Positions 41,943-51,833 of a stretch of DNA of 64,000 nucleotides are shown in pieces (the stretch's first letter is position 1; each line of letters opens with the position of its first letter). The stretch lies in IMG/VR virus record IMGVR_UViG_3300025274_001348, positions 1 to 64,000 of that record, one strand, 5' to 3'. Made by a program: the position numbers and the translations under genes. Source of the DNA: a virus. The notes below the pieces were generated by a model. It searched no databases. It was not told the origin of the DNA and worked only from the letters and a program-made list of their open reading frames with translations.

Positions 41943-42183
41943 GCAGAAAAGGATTATCAAACCGCCAGAGCCTTATAAATATCCTACGAGGTATGGCAGT
42001 CATCTATCAATGGTCGATGAAGAAAAGACCGGCGAACTGAACAAGGAAAATAAAGTTGTGATTGAGGATGAACATGGTTACTATATAACGGATGAGAGTA
42101 GACTCGACAATGGACTAGCAGACCCGAAAAGATATAATTCCAACCGTTTAAAATGGTATGAAAAGGAGACACCTAATGTTTGA
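41926..42183 (+). CDS. hypothetical protein
   Basis: Operon ORF. Confidence 0.6.
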   Translation: MVRQLRQKRIIKPPEPYKYPTRYGSHLSMVDEEKTGELNKENKVVIEDEHGYYITDESRLDNGLADPKRYNSNRLKWYEKETPNV

Positions 42184-43414
42184 CATTCAATTCAACCGGC
42201 GAGACTTTATGAAGGTGGGGGGCATTAGTACTGGTCTTGCCTCTCTAGGATTGTCAGATGACAACGTAGAGAATCTTCCCAACAATGAAAAGTCGGTAGT
42301 CTGGTTATGGCTAGGCGGTGGAGCAACTCATGTTGAGACATTTGATCCTAAACCAATGGCTCCAGTGGAGGTAAGATCCACTACTGGTTCGGTTATGACT
42401 AACGGAGACTTTCTCCTTGGCGGCAACTTCCTTAAGATGGCCACTAGGGGCGATAAGATCGCTGTAGTTAGATCGTTTGCCCACAGCAACTCTAGTCATA
42501 GAACTGGTACTCATTGGGTAATGACTGGACATAACTCGACTGACAATACTCCACAGTCAATGCAGCAAGAGCCGTCCTATGGTTCTATCATGTCATCGGT
42601 GTATGGAGCTAATCATCCGACAACCGGAATGCCTTCCTACGTCAAGGTTAATGGTATTTCTTTTGACGGTCCAGCTTGGTTAGGTGGTCAGTATAAGCCT
42701 TACGGAGCAAGCGGTGAGGGCGTTGAAAACCTTAAGTCAAGAGTGGAGAACAATCGTTTTCTTCAACGTCGTGATTTAGTTGGTGGACTGGATAAGCTCA
42801 AGATTGAAAACGCTCTTGAAATCTGGCCTGACTTGCGTAAGCAATCTTTTGGTCTTATTCTAGGAAAGGCTAGTGAAGCCTTCGACCTTAAGAAAGAACC
42901 AGAACCCAGCCGCAAGAAGTACGGCGGTGGTCTTGGTGAACAAATGCTTCTAGCCCGTAGGTTAGTTGAAAATGGCACTAGGTTCGTAACCATCCATTAC
43001 GGTGGATGGGATATGCATAGCAACATTGCTAAGTCCCTTAATGGTAGGATGCCTCCACTTGACCATGCTCTGTCTACTTTTATTGATGATTTGTATGATA
43101 GAGGTATGAGCAAGAATGTCTTGCTTGTAGTCACTGGTGAATTTGGTCGTACCTATCGTGTCAATAAGAATGCTGGTAGAGATCACTGGGCGCAACTTAG
43201 CCCACTGATGTTTAGCGGTGGAGATTTTGAAATGGGTAGAGTAATCGGAGAATCTACGGCTAAGGCAGAAACTCCCAAGAGTGAACCCTTTGGGCCAAAA
43301 GATGTTACCGCTACTATGTTTGCTCACTTCGGTATTGATCCTCAATTGCAGAAGATTGATTTCGCTGGTCGTCCAAGATATTTCGTGGAAAGTGATGCAA
43401 AGGTAATCCTGTGA
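42176..43414 (+). CDS. DUF1501 family protein with Tat signal
   Basis: NRRDFMK, WL.GG..H.ETFDPKP, LLARRLVE.G.RFV, WD.H, GEFGRT, GRDHW. Confidence 0.88.
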   Translation: MFDIQFNRRDFMKVGGISTGLASLGLSDDNVENLPNNEKSVVWLWLGGGATHVETFDPKPMAPVEVRSTTGSVMTNGDFLLGGNFLKMATRGDKIAVVRSFAHSNSSHRTGTHWVMTGHNSTDNTPQSMQQEPSYGSIMSSVYGANHPTTGMPSYVKVNGISFDGPAWLGGQYKPYGASGEGVENLKSRVENNRFLQRRDLVGGLDKLKIENALEIWPDLRKQSFGLILGKASEAFDLKKEPEPSRKKYGGGLGEQMLLARRLVENGTRFVTIHYGGWDMHSNIAKSLNGRMPPLDHALSTFIDDLYDRGMSKNVLLVVTGEFGRTYRVNKNAGRDHWAQLSPLMFSGGDFEMGRVIGESTAKAETPKSEPFGPKDVTATMFAHFGIDPQLQKIDFAGRPRYFVESDAKVIL

Positions 43415-43746
43415 TAACCCTGACAGAGAAAGCAATCAAAGAGGTCAGGAAAGTGATGCAAGACCTTCCCGAAGCAACCAACAGGCTGCTACGGGTTGGT
43501 GTTGCTGGTGGTGGATGCTCTGGGTTTGAATACAAACTGGGGTTTGTAGAACAGTCAGAGTATTCAGAAAAAACCCATAACAAGTATGAGCAGGATGGGT
43601 TGACCATGATAGTCGAAAAGAAAGCTGAACTGTTTATTGACGGTACTACTATCGACTGGATAGAGGACTTATCTAAACGTGGATTTGCTTTTAACAACCC
43701 TAATGCCGCAAGTAGCTGTGGTTGTGGGGAGAGTTTTAGTGTCTAG
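43411..43746 (+). CDS. A-type Fe-S carrier (IscA/ErpA/HesB)
   Basis: GGGCSG.EY, NPNA.SSCGCGESF. Confidence 0.92.
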   Translation: MITLTEKAIKEVRKVMQDLPEATNRLLRVGVAGGGCSGFEYKLGFVEQSEYSEKTHNKYEQDGLTMIVEKKAELFIDGTTIDWIEDLSKRGFAFNNPNAASSCGCGESFSV

Positions 43747-43914
43747 ACTTGACTTAGGCTTCAATTTTAATTGTCGGTTTTTTGCCTCGGTATTTACGTG
43801 GTCGGCGCTTGTCTCAATGATTATGAATGAGTTTGTACCATCTTATTCAACTGAGATACTACTATGGTGCTGTGTTAACTGCTATATATGGGAAGGAAGA
43901 ACGCCTACTATAAA

Positions 43915-44118
43915 ATGAAAGAGTATCCCAATAGAGCTACACATATAATTTGCGATTACATTGAGAATGTGGGGTTGAATGGGCCATTTGAGTCTATTCA
44001 ACCCCATATTCGTATGTTGTGCAAAGAAGCTAAAAAGGCACACCCCTTTTTAGGAATGTGCGCAAAAAATATCTACAACAATGCGGAATGGAATTTCATC
44101 AAACAATACTTCAAGTAA
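43915..44118 (+). CDS. hypothetical protein
   Basis: ORF followed by a terminator-like hairpin. Confidence 0.45.
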   Translation: MKEYPNRATHIICDYIENVGLNGPFESIQPHIRMLCKEAKKAHPFLGMCAKNIYNNAEWNFIKQYFK

Positions 44119-44201
44119 AAGCGGCATCTTTTGCCGCTGTTTCTTTTTGTTCCTGCCCAGCCTTCCCGATGGTTACGAACCCCTTACGAGTCAGTAAAAT
44201 C

Positions 44202-45164
44202 ATGAACGAGTTTTTAAAAGAAGATATCATTAACGTAAAGTCTTGGTTTGACTTAGGTGATTGTAATTACGAACACGATCATAAAGACGACTCAATACCA
44301 GATTCTGGTGTTGTGTATTGCAATATAGAACACATACACAAATTTTTCAAGAAATGTGAATCTACTGTAAATAATTATGTTGTAGTTAGTGGGTTTAGCG
44401 ACTATGGTGTTGCATACCAACAACAACACCCAGTTGGAGTTGACATGCTAAAATGGATTCCGTTTGTAGAACATATGATACCTGAACTTGGATACAACCC
44501 ATTAGTTATACCACCAAGATGTGATACAGATAATTGTGATTTAAACGACACTTATTCCGTGAAGTGTTATTCCCACACAATGTCAACTTTTAAAGGCATA
44601 CCTTCAAATGTTACAAAATGGTTTTTAGTTAATTCTATGCTCTCTCAGGATAGGATTCAAGGAATACCTCTTGGTATAGGTAAAGATGCTACAGATGATA
44701 TACTCGCAACCAACCAATACGAATTGTCAGAGACAGATAACTGGGTTTACGTTAACTGGCAAAACTACACTTTAGAAAGAAAGTACCTGAAATCATTCTT
44801 CCTAAGTAATGGTTTTGACTGGGTTACATACGTTGAAGAACCAAAAGAATTTAAAGAATACTTGGATGAACTTTCCCGACATGTTTACGCTATATGCCCT
44901 CCGGGTAATGGTTTGGACTGTTATAGAATTCTAGAATGCATTTACGTTGGAACCATACCTATAGTGTTCAATAGTCCATGTATGGACTACCTTAAAGATT
45001 TACCAATACTAATTATTGACAATTTTGATGAATTAAATATTGAAAATCTAAAATCACAGTACGAATCAATATCTCAAAAGATGCAGGATTCCGGTGTGGA
45101 CAAAGCTAAATTTTCGTACTGGAAGAATGAAATTTCCCAAGCTGCAAGAGCTTTAAATGAGTGA
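44202..45164 (+). CDS. exostosin-like (GT47-related) glycosyltransferase
   Basis: ICPPGNGLDCYRILE…GTIPIV. Confidence 0.7.
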   Translation: MNEFLKEDIINVKSWFDLGDCNYEHDHKDDSIPDSGVVYCNIEHIHKFFKKCESTVNNYVVVSGFSDYGVAYQQQHPVGVDMLKWIPFVEHMIPELGYNPLVIPPRCDTDNCDLNDTYSVKCYSHTMSTFKGIPSNVTKWFLVNSMLSQDRIQGIPLGIGKDATDDILATNQYELSETDNWVYVNWQNYTLERKYLKSFFLSNGFDWVTYVEEPKEFKEYLDELSRHVYAICPPGNGLDCYRILECIYVGTIPIVFNSPCMDYLKDLPILIIDNFDELNIENLKSQYESISQKMQDSGVDKAKFSYWKNEISQAARALNE

Positions 45165-46230
45165 TGCTATAAATATAATAAGCCCTATCAATCAACTAGG
45201 GTACGGTATAGCTGGATTGAACATTGTAAACACCCTGCACAAAGACGGTTATGAGGTGGGTCTCTCAATAATTGGTCAAGGAGAAGCCCCTCCTGAATAT
45301 CATCCAATGATAAAGGAGTGTGTAGATAACGCAAAGATGCCAAATTTCAACGCTCCATGTATTAGAATATGGCATCAGTTTGATATGAGTCAGTTTATCG
45401 GCAGGGGCGAAAGAATAGGGTTTCCTATTTTTGAACTTGACACTTTTACCGAACAGGAAAAACATCACCTTTCCAGTTTGGACAAAATTTTTGTTTGTAG
45501 CCAGTGGGCGAAAAACGTTGTAAAAGAAAACAATATCAAAGTTGATACTTGCGTAATCCCCCTTGGAGTAAACAGAGATATCTTTTTAAGATCTGACGCC
45601 CCGCGTAAAAATACAATCTTCTTCAACTGTGGAAAATGGGAAAAAAGAAAGGGTCACGATACCCTACCGGAAATTTTTTCCAAAGCTTTTACGTCGGAAG
45701 ACGACGTGGAATTATGGATGATGTGCGAGAACCCATTTTGTGGCCCAGAAGAAAATCATGCTTGGGCAGATTCTTATAAGAGGTCTGGATTGGGTGATAA
45801 GATAAGACTTATTCCACGCCAGCAGAGCCAAGAAGAGGTGTATAATATTATGAAGCAAACCGACTGCGGAGTGTTTCCATCCAGAGCAGAAGGCTGGAAT
45901 TTAGAGTTATTGGAGATGATGTCCTGTGGCAAACATGTGATCGCTACCAACTATTCCGCACATACAGAATTTTGCAATAAGGACAATTGTCATCTCGTAG
46001 AAATAAACAGCCTAGAGGAAGCTAAAGACGACAAATGGTTTTTTGGGGGAGGTAATTGGGGATCTATTAAAGAGCTAGAAATAGACCAAATTGTTTCTCA
46101 TATGCAGGAAATCCACAAACTCAAACAAGAACAAAATCTGAAAATTAATAGCGCCGGAATTGAAACAGCGGAAAAGTTTTCTTGGAATAATACCGTGAAG
46201 GAAATTATATGTGGAATGTCCCAGATATAA
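45157..46230 (+). CDS. glycosyltransferase family 4
   Basis: RKG.D, PSRAEGWNL.LLE.M.CG..VIAT. Confidence 0.85.
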   Translation: MSDAINIISPINQLGYGIAGLNIVNTLHKDGYEVGLSIIGQGEAPPEYHPMIKECVDNAKMPNFNAPCIRIWHQFDMSQFIGRGERIGFPIFELDTFTEQEKHHLSSLDKIFVCSQWAKNVVKENNIKVDTCVIPLGVNRDIFLRSDAPRKNTIFFNCGKWEKRKGHDTLPEIFSKAFTSEDDVELWMMCENPFCGPEENHAWADSYKRSGLGDKIRLIPRQQSQEEVYNIMKQTDCGVFPSRAEGWNLELLEMMSCGKHVIATNYSAHTEFCNKDNCHLVEINSLEEAKDDKWFFGGGNWGSIKELEIDQIVSHMQEIHKLKQEQNLKINSAGIETAEKFSWNNTVKEIICGMSQI

Positions 46231-47117
46231 ACGCGATTAAATATTTTTCGATTGTTGATGAAGCACTAACTAATGATGAATTATTCAAAATCTTTAAACG
46301 GAATCATGACTACTATTCAATAGTAGGGATGTCATGTCAATCAGAGGCGGAATGGATGATAGGCAAACTGAAAGATAACGATGATATAAGCCTGAACATA
46401 GAAAAATTCAAGAGAAATGATACGATAGGTGATCCCGAATTATTTGAATCAAAAGAGTACGGTTTAATTTCTGCCAACACTGTAAGATATATTAACTCGT
46501 TACAAAATATACAAAAACATATAGGAAGTCTTCACGGGAAAGACATCGTTGAGATTGGAGTGGGGTATGGTGGCCTCTGTTACATCCTGTCCACTTTTTA
46601 CAACATTAAATCGTACAGACTAGTAGACGTGCCTAACGTGGCTTTGCTTGCGGTAAAATATTTGAGAGCTTTGGGATTGAATACAAGTCTTGTAACAGAA
46701 AGAAGCATAGAAGTCAATTTTGACCACAAAACCTCAGTGATTCCCAAACACTTTGATACCCATCTTACTCCTAGTATTGTTGATACAATATCCGAAAATG
46801 GTAGAGAACCTAGAGTTGATTTTGTCAACCCCTCTGTGTCCAACACCCTGAACCGCTCTCCAGATCTATTTATAAGCGAGTATTGTATTTCGGAAATGAA
46901 CGACGATGGTATAGATCATTTTTACGAGAACTACATTCAGCGCTCTAAAAACATTTATATCTTTTCAAACCTGTGGGATAAAAAAAGGAAAGAACAATTC
47001 TTATCTAAACTAGGTGAAAAATTCAACCTAACCGTGTTTGATGATCCTCTACCTCACGAAACAAAAATTTGTCCCGAGAAAACGAACTACATAATAATGG
47101 GAAAAAGGAGACTATAA
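46209..47117 (+). CDS. putative sugar O-methyltransferase
   Basis: IVEIGVGYGG, DLFISEYCISE. Confidence 0.75.
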   Translation: MWNVPDINAIKYFSIVDEALTNDELFKIFKRNHDYYSIVGMSCQSEAEWMIGKLKDNDDISLNIEKFKRNDTIGDPELFESKEYGLISANTVRYINSLQNIQKHIGSLHGKDIVEIGVGYGGLCYILSTFYNIKSYRLVDVPNVALLAVKYLRALGLNTSLVTERSIEVNFDHKTSVIPKHFDTHLTPSIVDTISENGREPRVDFVNPSVSNTLNRSPDLFISEYCISEMNDDGIDHFYENYIQRSKNIYIFSNLWDKKRKEQFLSKLGEKFNLTVFDDPLPHETKICPEKTNYIIMGKRRL

Positions 47118-47357
47118 ATGGCCTCTATTTTTATCTACGAAGATCAAAAAACCGGAGAACTTTTTCATTACAAAAGAAGGGGTTCGCACAGAAAAAATGG
47201 CAGAAGGTTAGTTTTTATTAAGAAGTCAAGGGCGGAAACCTCATCAAATCATATTTTAAACAGAATAGAAGAATCCTACAGCGACGAAAAGGCTGGATAT
47301 CCACCTAATTGCAACAAGGGATACGTAGAAAAAAATGGCAAGTGTGTACCAGAATAG
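47118..47357 (+). CDS. hypothetical protein
   Basis: AGGAG RBS. Confidence 0.55.
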   Translation: MASIFIYEDQKTGELFHYKRRGSHRKNGRRLVFIKKSRAETSSNHILNRIEESYSDEKAGYPPNCNKGYVEKNGKCVPE

Positions 47358-47368
47358 GGGAAGGACTG

Positions 47369-47560
47369 ATGAGAACTCTTAAGAATACTCACAAGTGGCT
47401 CGGTAGCATAAATCAAGAAAGAAAACAACTTCTGAAGAACTTATCTAGGATAAATAAAAAGCTGGACGATCTTCAGCACAAAGAGGACAGGTTAGTCAGG
47501 GACTTAGAAGCTCACGTAAAACTGGATACTTCTGACTTGCCGCCTTCTAGGACTAAATGA
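47369..47560 (+). CDS. coiled-coil hypothetical protein
   Basis: ORF. Confidence 0.5.
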   Translation: MRTLKNTHKWLGSINQERKQLLKNLSRINKKLDDLQHKEDRLVRDLEAHVKLDTSDLPPSRTK

Positions 47561-47570
47561 GGAACTGATC

Positions 47571-48452
47571 GTGATATCCACTATTGTCTTTTCAAAAGAC
47601 AGAGCTTGTCAGTTAGATTTCTTGTTGACAAGTTTAATTCAAAATGACAACGGGTTATTCGACATCAATGTTTTGTATAGACATTCAAACGATGAATTTA
47701 AAACTGGCTATGAAAAATTGATAAAGAAATACCCGTTTTTAAATTGGATTCAGGAGACTGATTTTCAAAAAGATACAACCGACCTTGTAAAAAAAGGAGG
47801 TGATCTAGTCTGTTTTTTTGTGGACGATAACATCCTATATCGTAAAATAGAAGTTGATGAAGATATCATAACAAAACTTTTTGACAATAGGGATGTTTTT
47901 TGCTTGTCTTTAAGGCTCGGAACCAATACTATTGTTCAGAATGAATACACGATGCAGGACTGTGTTCTTCCTATAAGAGGAGAGATAGCTGAAGATACGT
48001 TTTTTATATGGAACTGGATCTCTCAATGCGAGCATTGCAGAGCACCTTTAACGGGTAATTATGCGTATCCTTTTTCGGTTGATGGTCATATTTTTAAGAA
48101 AAGTTTAGTGGAGAAGTTCATAGGAAATGAAGACGATTTTGTTAAAATCAAATTTTCAACACCCAACGCTTTTGAAGGAGGCATATGGGATAAGGGGTGG
48201 GAAGTGGATGATTTTCCTAAAAGTATGTCTTCCTTCAAAGAAAGCTTAGTCGTAAATACACCATTGAACTTAGTAGGCTCTTCAGAAAACATGTCTGGTC
48301 AAAAATTTGGAGTTTCCCTAGAGGAACTCAATAAAAAGTATTTAGAGGGACACGATCCAGACTTGGACAATATGGATTTTTCAAACATTCAAGGATGTCA
48401 TCAAGAAATTCAACTTAAATTTAAGGAGGTTGCTAATGTTAGATCTATTTAA
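47571..48452 (+). CDS. putative glycosyltransferase, paralog of 59004-59867
   Basis: FSKDRACQL, FFVDD, SLRLG, YPFSVDGH. Confidence 0.7.
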   Translation: MISTIVFSKDRACQLDFLLTSLIQNDNGLFDINVLYRHSNDEFKTGYEKLIKKYPFLNWIQETDFQKDTTDLVKKGGDLVCFFVDDNILYRKIEVDEDIITKLFDNRDVFCLSLRLGTNTIVQNEYTMQDCVLPIRGEIAEDTFFIWNWISQCEHCRAPLTGNYAYPFSVDGHIFKKSLVEKFIGNEDDFVKIKFSTPNAFEGGIWDKGWEVDDFPKSMSSFKESLVVNTPLNLVGSSENMSGQKFGVSLEELNKKYLEGHDPDLDNMDFSNIQGCHQEIQLKFKEVANVRSI

Positions 48453-48633
48453 GAAGCACTGGCTTTGTCTTTTATTGGGAGTCGGACTGGGTTACTCACT
48501 TCACTGGTGTCCATTGCTTGGACATAGTCACGTATGCCCTCACGCCGCAGCAAATGCATGCGCCTGTGATGATTGCGAATGTGGCGCAGACTGTGCTTGT
48601 CTAATCGGGGAAGTATGTGGATGTAAGGGCTGA
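48436..48633 (+). CDS. Cys-rich metallothionein-like peptide with N-terminal hydrophobic segment
   Basis: CACDDCECGADCAC…CGC; AAGGAGG RBS. Confidence 0.6.
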   Translation: MLDLFKKHWLCLLLGVGLGYSLHWCPLLGHSHVCPHAAANACACDDCECGADCACLIGEVCGCKG

Positions 48634-48703
48634 GTAGTAAAATAATTTAACACCAGTTGGTGTTTTTATTTTCTCGTTTTTTTACTTCAGTGGAGAGCTA
48701 GCA

Positions 48704-48877
48704 ATGATTAGTAAAGTTCAAGGTCTTTTTGGCTCGCGTAGATTCTGGGTCGCCGTTGGCGGCGTGGTTTTTGTTATCTTTGACGGTGTGGGCCTCGGTA
48801 TATCCGCAGATCAAGTAAACCATTTGGTTCTGTTGGGCGGCGCTTGGATCGTTGGTGACAGTCTTCGATCAGCTTAA
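48704..48877 (+). CDS. holin-like 57-aa membrane protein
   Basis: SRRFW motif plus two hydrophobic segments; hand translation. Confidence 0.55.
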   Translation: MISKVQGLFGSRRFWVAVGGVVFVIFDGVGLGISADQVNHLVLLGGAWIVGDSLRSA

Positions 48878-48902
48878 TTGCTAGACACAAAGGAAGGATT
48901 AA

Positions 48903-49091
48903 ATGGACGTATCCAAAGCTGTAAATGCTCATTTCGAAGCTAAGAAGGCAGAAGCCCTTGTTAGATATCTCCTGTACACCAATAATGCCGTAGGAATTGG
49001 AGATCATTCTAATATCGTAGAAGAAGCTATAAAAGCTATCGAAGATTATGAGCATGCTGAAAGCTGTCTAAAAGCTTTATCGAAAGTTTAG
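48903..49091 (+). CDS. conserved phage hypothetical protein
   Basis: Y..N.VGIGDHS.IVEE motif. Confidence 0.7.
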   Translation: MDVSKAVNAHFEAKKAEALVRYLLYTNNAVGIGDHSNIVEEAIKAIEDYEHAESCLKALSKV

Positions 49092-49094
49092 TTA

Positions 49095-49499
49095 ATGAAA
49101 CTTATAGCGGCTATTAAAAAGTTTTTTTCTCGAAAAGAGAAAGAAAAAGAGAAAGCGTTAGCTTCTTTAAAATTTGAAGTTGATTCTGCCGGGGATATAT
49201 GGATAGATTGCTCTTGGCAGGATCAACCTGCCGCTAATATAATCTTTGCTGACCTCATGTACAAGGTCATGGACGGCGAGCTTTTTGCAGAAACCCTTTC
49301 TTTCATAAAAGAGGAGTGTGAAAAACGAAACAAACTGGATAACTTCATTGAGATATGGGCATATCTACACACCATGGAACAGGAGCTTAATGAAGAAGAA
49401 GCTTCAGAAGCTTCAGAAGATTCTACTGTAGTTAGTCCAACCAAGATGCTAGATATCTATAAACCAAAGATTATCCCCGATGATGAACACCTGATATAA
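49095..49499 (+). CDS. hypothetical protein
   Basis: ORF. Confidence 0.6.
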   Translation: MKLIAAIKKFFSRKEKEKEKALASLKFEVDSAGDIWIDCSWQDQPAANIIFADLMYKVMDGELFAETLSFIKEECEKRNKLDNFIEIWAYLHTMEQELNEEEASEASEDSTVVSPTKMLDIYKPKIIPDDEHLI

Positions 49500-49551
49500 A
49501 AGATATTTTATCTTTTAGACTGGTGTAATTATCCCACAAAAAGGTGCTAGA

Positions 49552-50178
49552 ATGAAACCAAATAGAAAAATAGCGTGGGAAAAATGGGATGATGACCTTC
49601 TTGAGGAAGAAATAGCAGAAAAAATACGGGTAGATGACGACGACGAAGAGCTAACAGAAGATGCTCTGGAGCTTATGTCCAAGATCCCCAAGCTCGTTTC
49701 CACCCCTTTGGGGGTGTTTCAACTTTACGATAAGATGAATCCTATGCGGCAATACGAATGCTGGATGGGTCATACCAATTTTGATATAACACACCAAATA
49801 CAAAAACAGGTTGAAAAAATAGAGGGAATAGAGCTTCTTTTTATTATCAGTAGGTATAGGTTTTTTCTAGGCGTTGCTAAAATGTTTAATTTTAGGGATG
49901 TCAGAATAGATATCGAGTCCCTTCTTAACTGTAATCAATCTGAGTCTAACTCAGGTACGGAAGATGACAGCACTACCACCGAAGAAACTGTTCAAATAAT
50001 CAAAGAAATAATTTCCAACGACAAGCACTGGGCAATATTCGTAGACCCCGAGGGAAGGGTCGATTATGCGAGCACTAACATAGATCACGACATCTCTTTC
50101 CTAGAGAAGTTGAGATTGTACAAAAAACTATTCAACCGAAAGGGTGGAAGGATATTACATCCCGATAGTGAAGAATAG
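49552..50178 (+). CDS. hypothetical protein
   Basis: 208 aa ORF. Confidence 0.7.
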   Translation: MKPNRKIAWEKWDDDLLEEEIAEKIRVDDDDEELTEDALELMSKIPKLVSTPLGVFQLYDKMNPMRQYECWMGHTNFDITHQIQKQVEKIEGIELLFIISRYRFFLGVAKMFNFRDVRIDIESLLNCNQSESNSGTEDDSTTTEETVQIIKEIISNDKHWAIFVDPEGRVDYASTNIDHDISFLEKLRLYKKLFNRKGGRILHPDSEE

Positions 50179-50193
50179 ATAACCGGAGGAACG

Positions 50194-50679
50194 ATGAAGG
50201 AAACAAAGCCTATAGGGGATGAGGAATTTGAAGAAGCTCGAAAAGATATTAACAACATAAAAATATTGAACAAGGTTTGCTCAAAATATTTTAAGGTAAT
50301 ACCTCAAGACGAGCTTGATAGGTGCAAATTAGTCGCTCTCTGGGAAGCGATGAAAGCGTATGACTCCGAGAAGGGCCAGAAATTCACGTCTTTTCTCTAT
50401 AACAGAATAGATTGGGAATGCAAAAAGCAATTGTACGATTTTAACAAAAGAAAGAGGCAAAAATACTATAACGAGGCTCTCCATTTTGAAAATGATTCAA
50501 ACGATGTAGAAATCTTTGACGTGATACAAAAATTACACCCAAGACTAAGGCTTGTTGTACATCAAAGATTTTTTGAGCGGTTAACAATGGAGGAAATAGC
50601 GGAAAGAAACAGTTATAGTAGAGAAACAGCGAGAAGATATATACTTCAAGCCTTAAAAAAGCTAAGAGAGATCTACTAG
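50194..50679 (+). CDS. sigma-70/ECF-like sigma factor
   Basis: LWEAMKAYDSEKGQKFTSFL (region 2), LTMEEIA…SRETAR (region 4). Confidence 0.8.
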   Translation: MKETKPIGDEEFEEARKDINNIKILNKVCSKYFKVIPQDELDRCKLVALWEAMKAYDSEKGQKFTSFLYNRIDWECKKQLYDFNKRKRQKYYNEALHFENDSNDVEIFDVIQKLHPRLRLVVHQRFFERLTMEEIAERNSYSRETARRYILQALKKLREIY

Positions 50680-50684
50680 AAATG

Positions 50685-50697
50685 GTGTATAATACTA
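50685..50697 (+). promoter_or_regulatory. putative phage promoter GTGTATAATACTA
   Basis: Identical 13-mer at 61979-61991; both intergenic upstream of operons. Confidence 0.5.
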
Positions 50698-50759
50698 ATG
50701 GACCGGATCGTTATTTATTAGGAAAAACAGGAATAATACCTAGATAACTGGAGGTCGTT

Positions 50760-51809
50760 ATGACTGTTAGTACACACACGAGAACGCTAGGCATTACAGG
50801 AGCAGAAGCCACTGCAACAGTAACAGTTACTGACTATGTGGAACTTAATACAGGCGACAAAGTTAATTTAATCGCTACTGATGGAACTAACTATGATTTT
50901 ACAAACGGAGACCAAAGCTCGGTAGCTGGCACTTGGGAGTCCACCGCAAGCAACGATCAAACTGCTACAAATTTAATGAACGTTATCAACACAGGCAGTG
51001 GACCCGCTGGAACCAGATTTTCTGCATCGGTAGATGGAGCGGTTGTTACCATTACACAGAGTTCCAGCAGCGAGGCCAGCCTCGAAGACGGAAACACAGC
51101 GATCACCCTCACGGACACTGCCCCCGCCGGTTTGACTAAAACAGACTTTACTGGTGGAAGCTCATCGGCAGTAGTTAATGATCGCGGCGTAGTTATGCAA
51201 GGCGGAAACATTGCCGGTTCAAAATATACAAACAAGAGTATTTTGGATATCGTCAAAGGCGCAGATGAGTACGGTTCAAAGCTTGGTCTAGTTACAGGTA
51301 CGGCACACAAGGTCGGTCTTGTTGTTGCTCGTAGCGTAGGAAGTCCCGCGTTTGCCTTCTTCCCGAAGAAGACAGATCGTACTGCTGCTAACTGCACCTT
51401 CTTGGCTAGAGGTCTTCAGACGCTGGTCGCTGGTGCTGCCTCAACAGAAAATATCATGGGAGTCCTCGGTCAGGACCAAGGCGCTCGCGGTATTCATCTT
51501 CATACTGACGATCACTACCAGAGGGGAAGCTGGGCTACGTTGGCATTCAACTTGTTCCGCAATCCTACTGCCGGGGATAACTCCGAAACTACCGGTCTCG
51601 TGCAAAGTGATGGAACGGTTAAAACTGGCGCTACCAACTATGGCAGTGCTGCTATCTTCCGTAACTTGGCTGACCAAGATAATGCTAGACCAGTCACGAA
51701 TGTTCCCACACGGGCCATTCCGGGTGAGCTAGTCTTCTTGGTTGACTTTGCTGATCGTTCAACCAGTGGTGGTAACTTTAAGGATTATTCAGCCATTACA
51801 GGCGGGTAA
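50760..51809 (+). CDS. putative virion structural protein, paralog A
   Basis: T/G/S/A-rich; C-terminal ~200 aa similar to next gene. Confidence 0.65.
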   Translation: MTVSTHTRTLGITGAEATATVTVTDYVELNTGDKVNLIATDGTNYDFTNGDQSSVAGTWESTASNDQTATNLMNVINTGSGPAGTRFSASVDGAVVTITQSSSSEASLEDGNTAITLTDTAPAGLTKTDFTGGSSSAVVNDRGVVMQGGNIAGSKYTNKSILDIVKGADEYGSKLGLVTGTAHKVGLVVARSVGSPAFAFFPKKTDRTAANCTFLARGLQTLVAGAASTENIMGVLGQDQGARGIHLHTDDHYQRGSWATLAFNLFRNPTAGDNSETTGLVQSDGTVKTGATNYGSAAIFRNLADQDNARPVTNVPTRAIPGELVFLVDFADRSTSGGNFKDYSAITGG

Positions 51810-51833
51810 TCTTACTTATAAGGAGATTGTATT

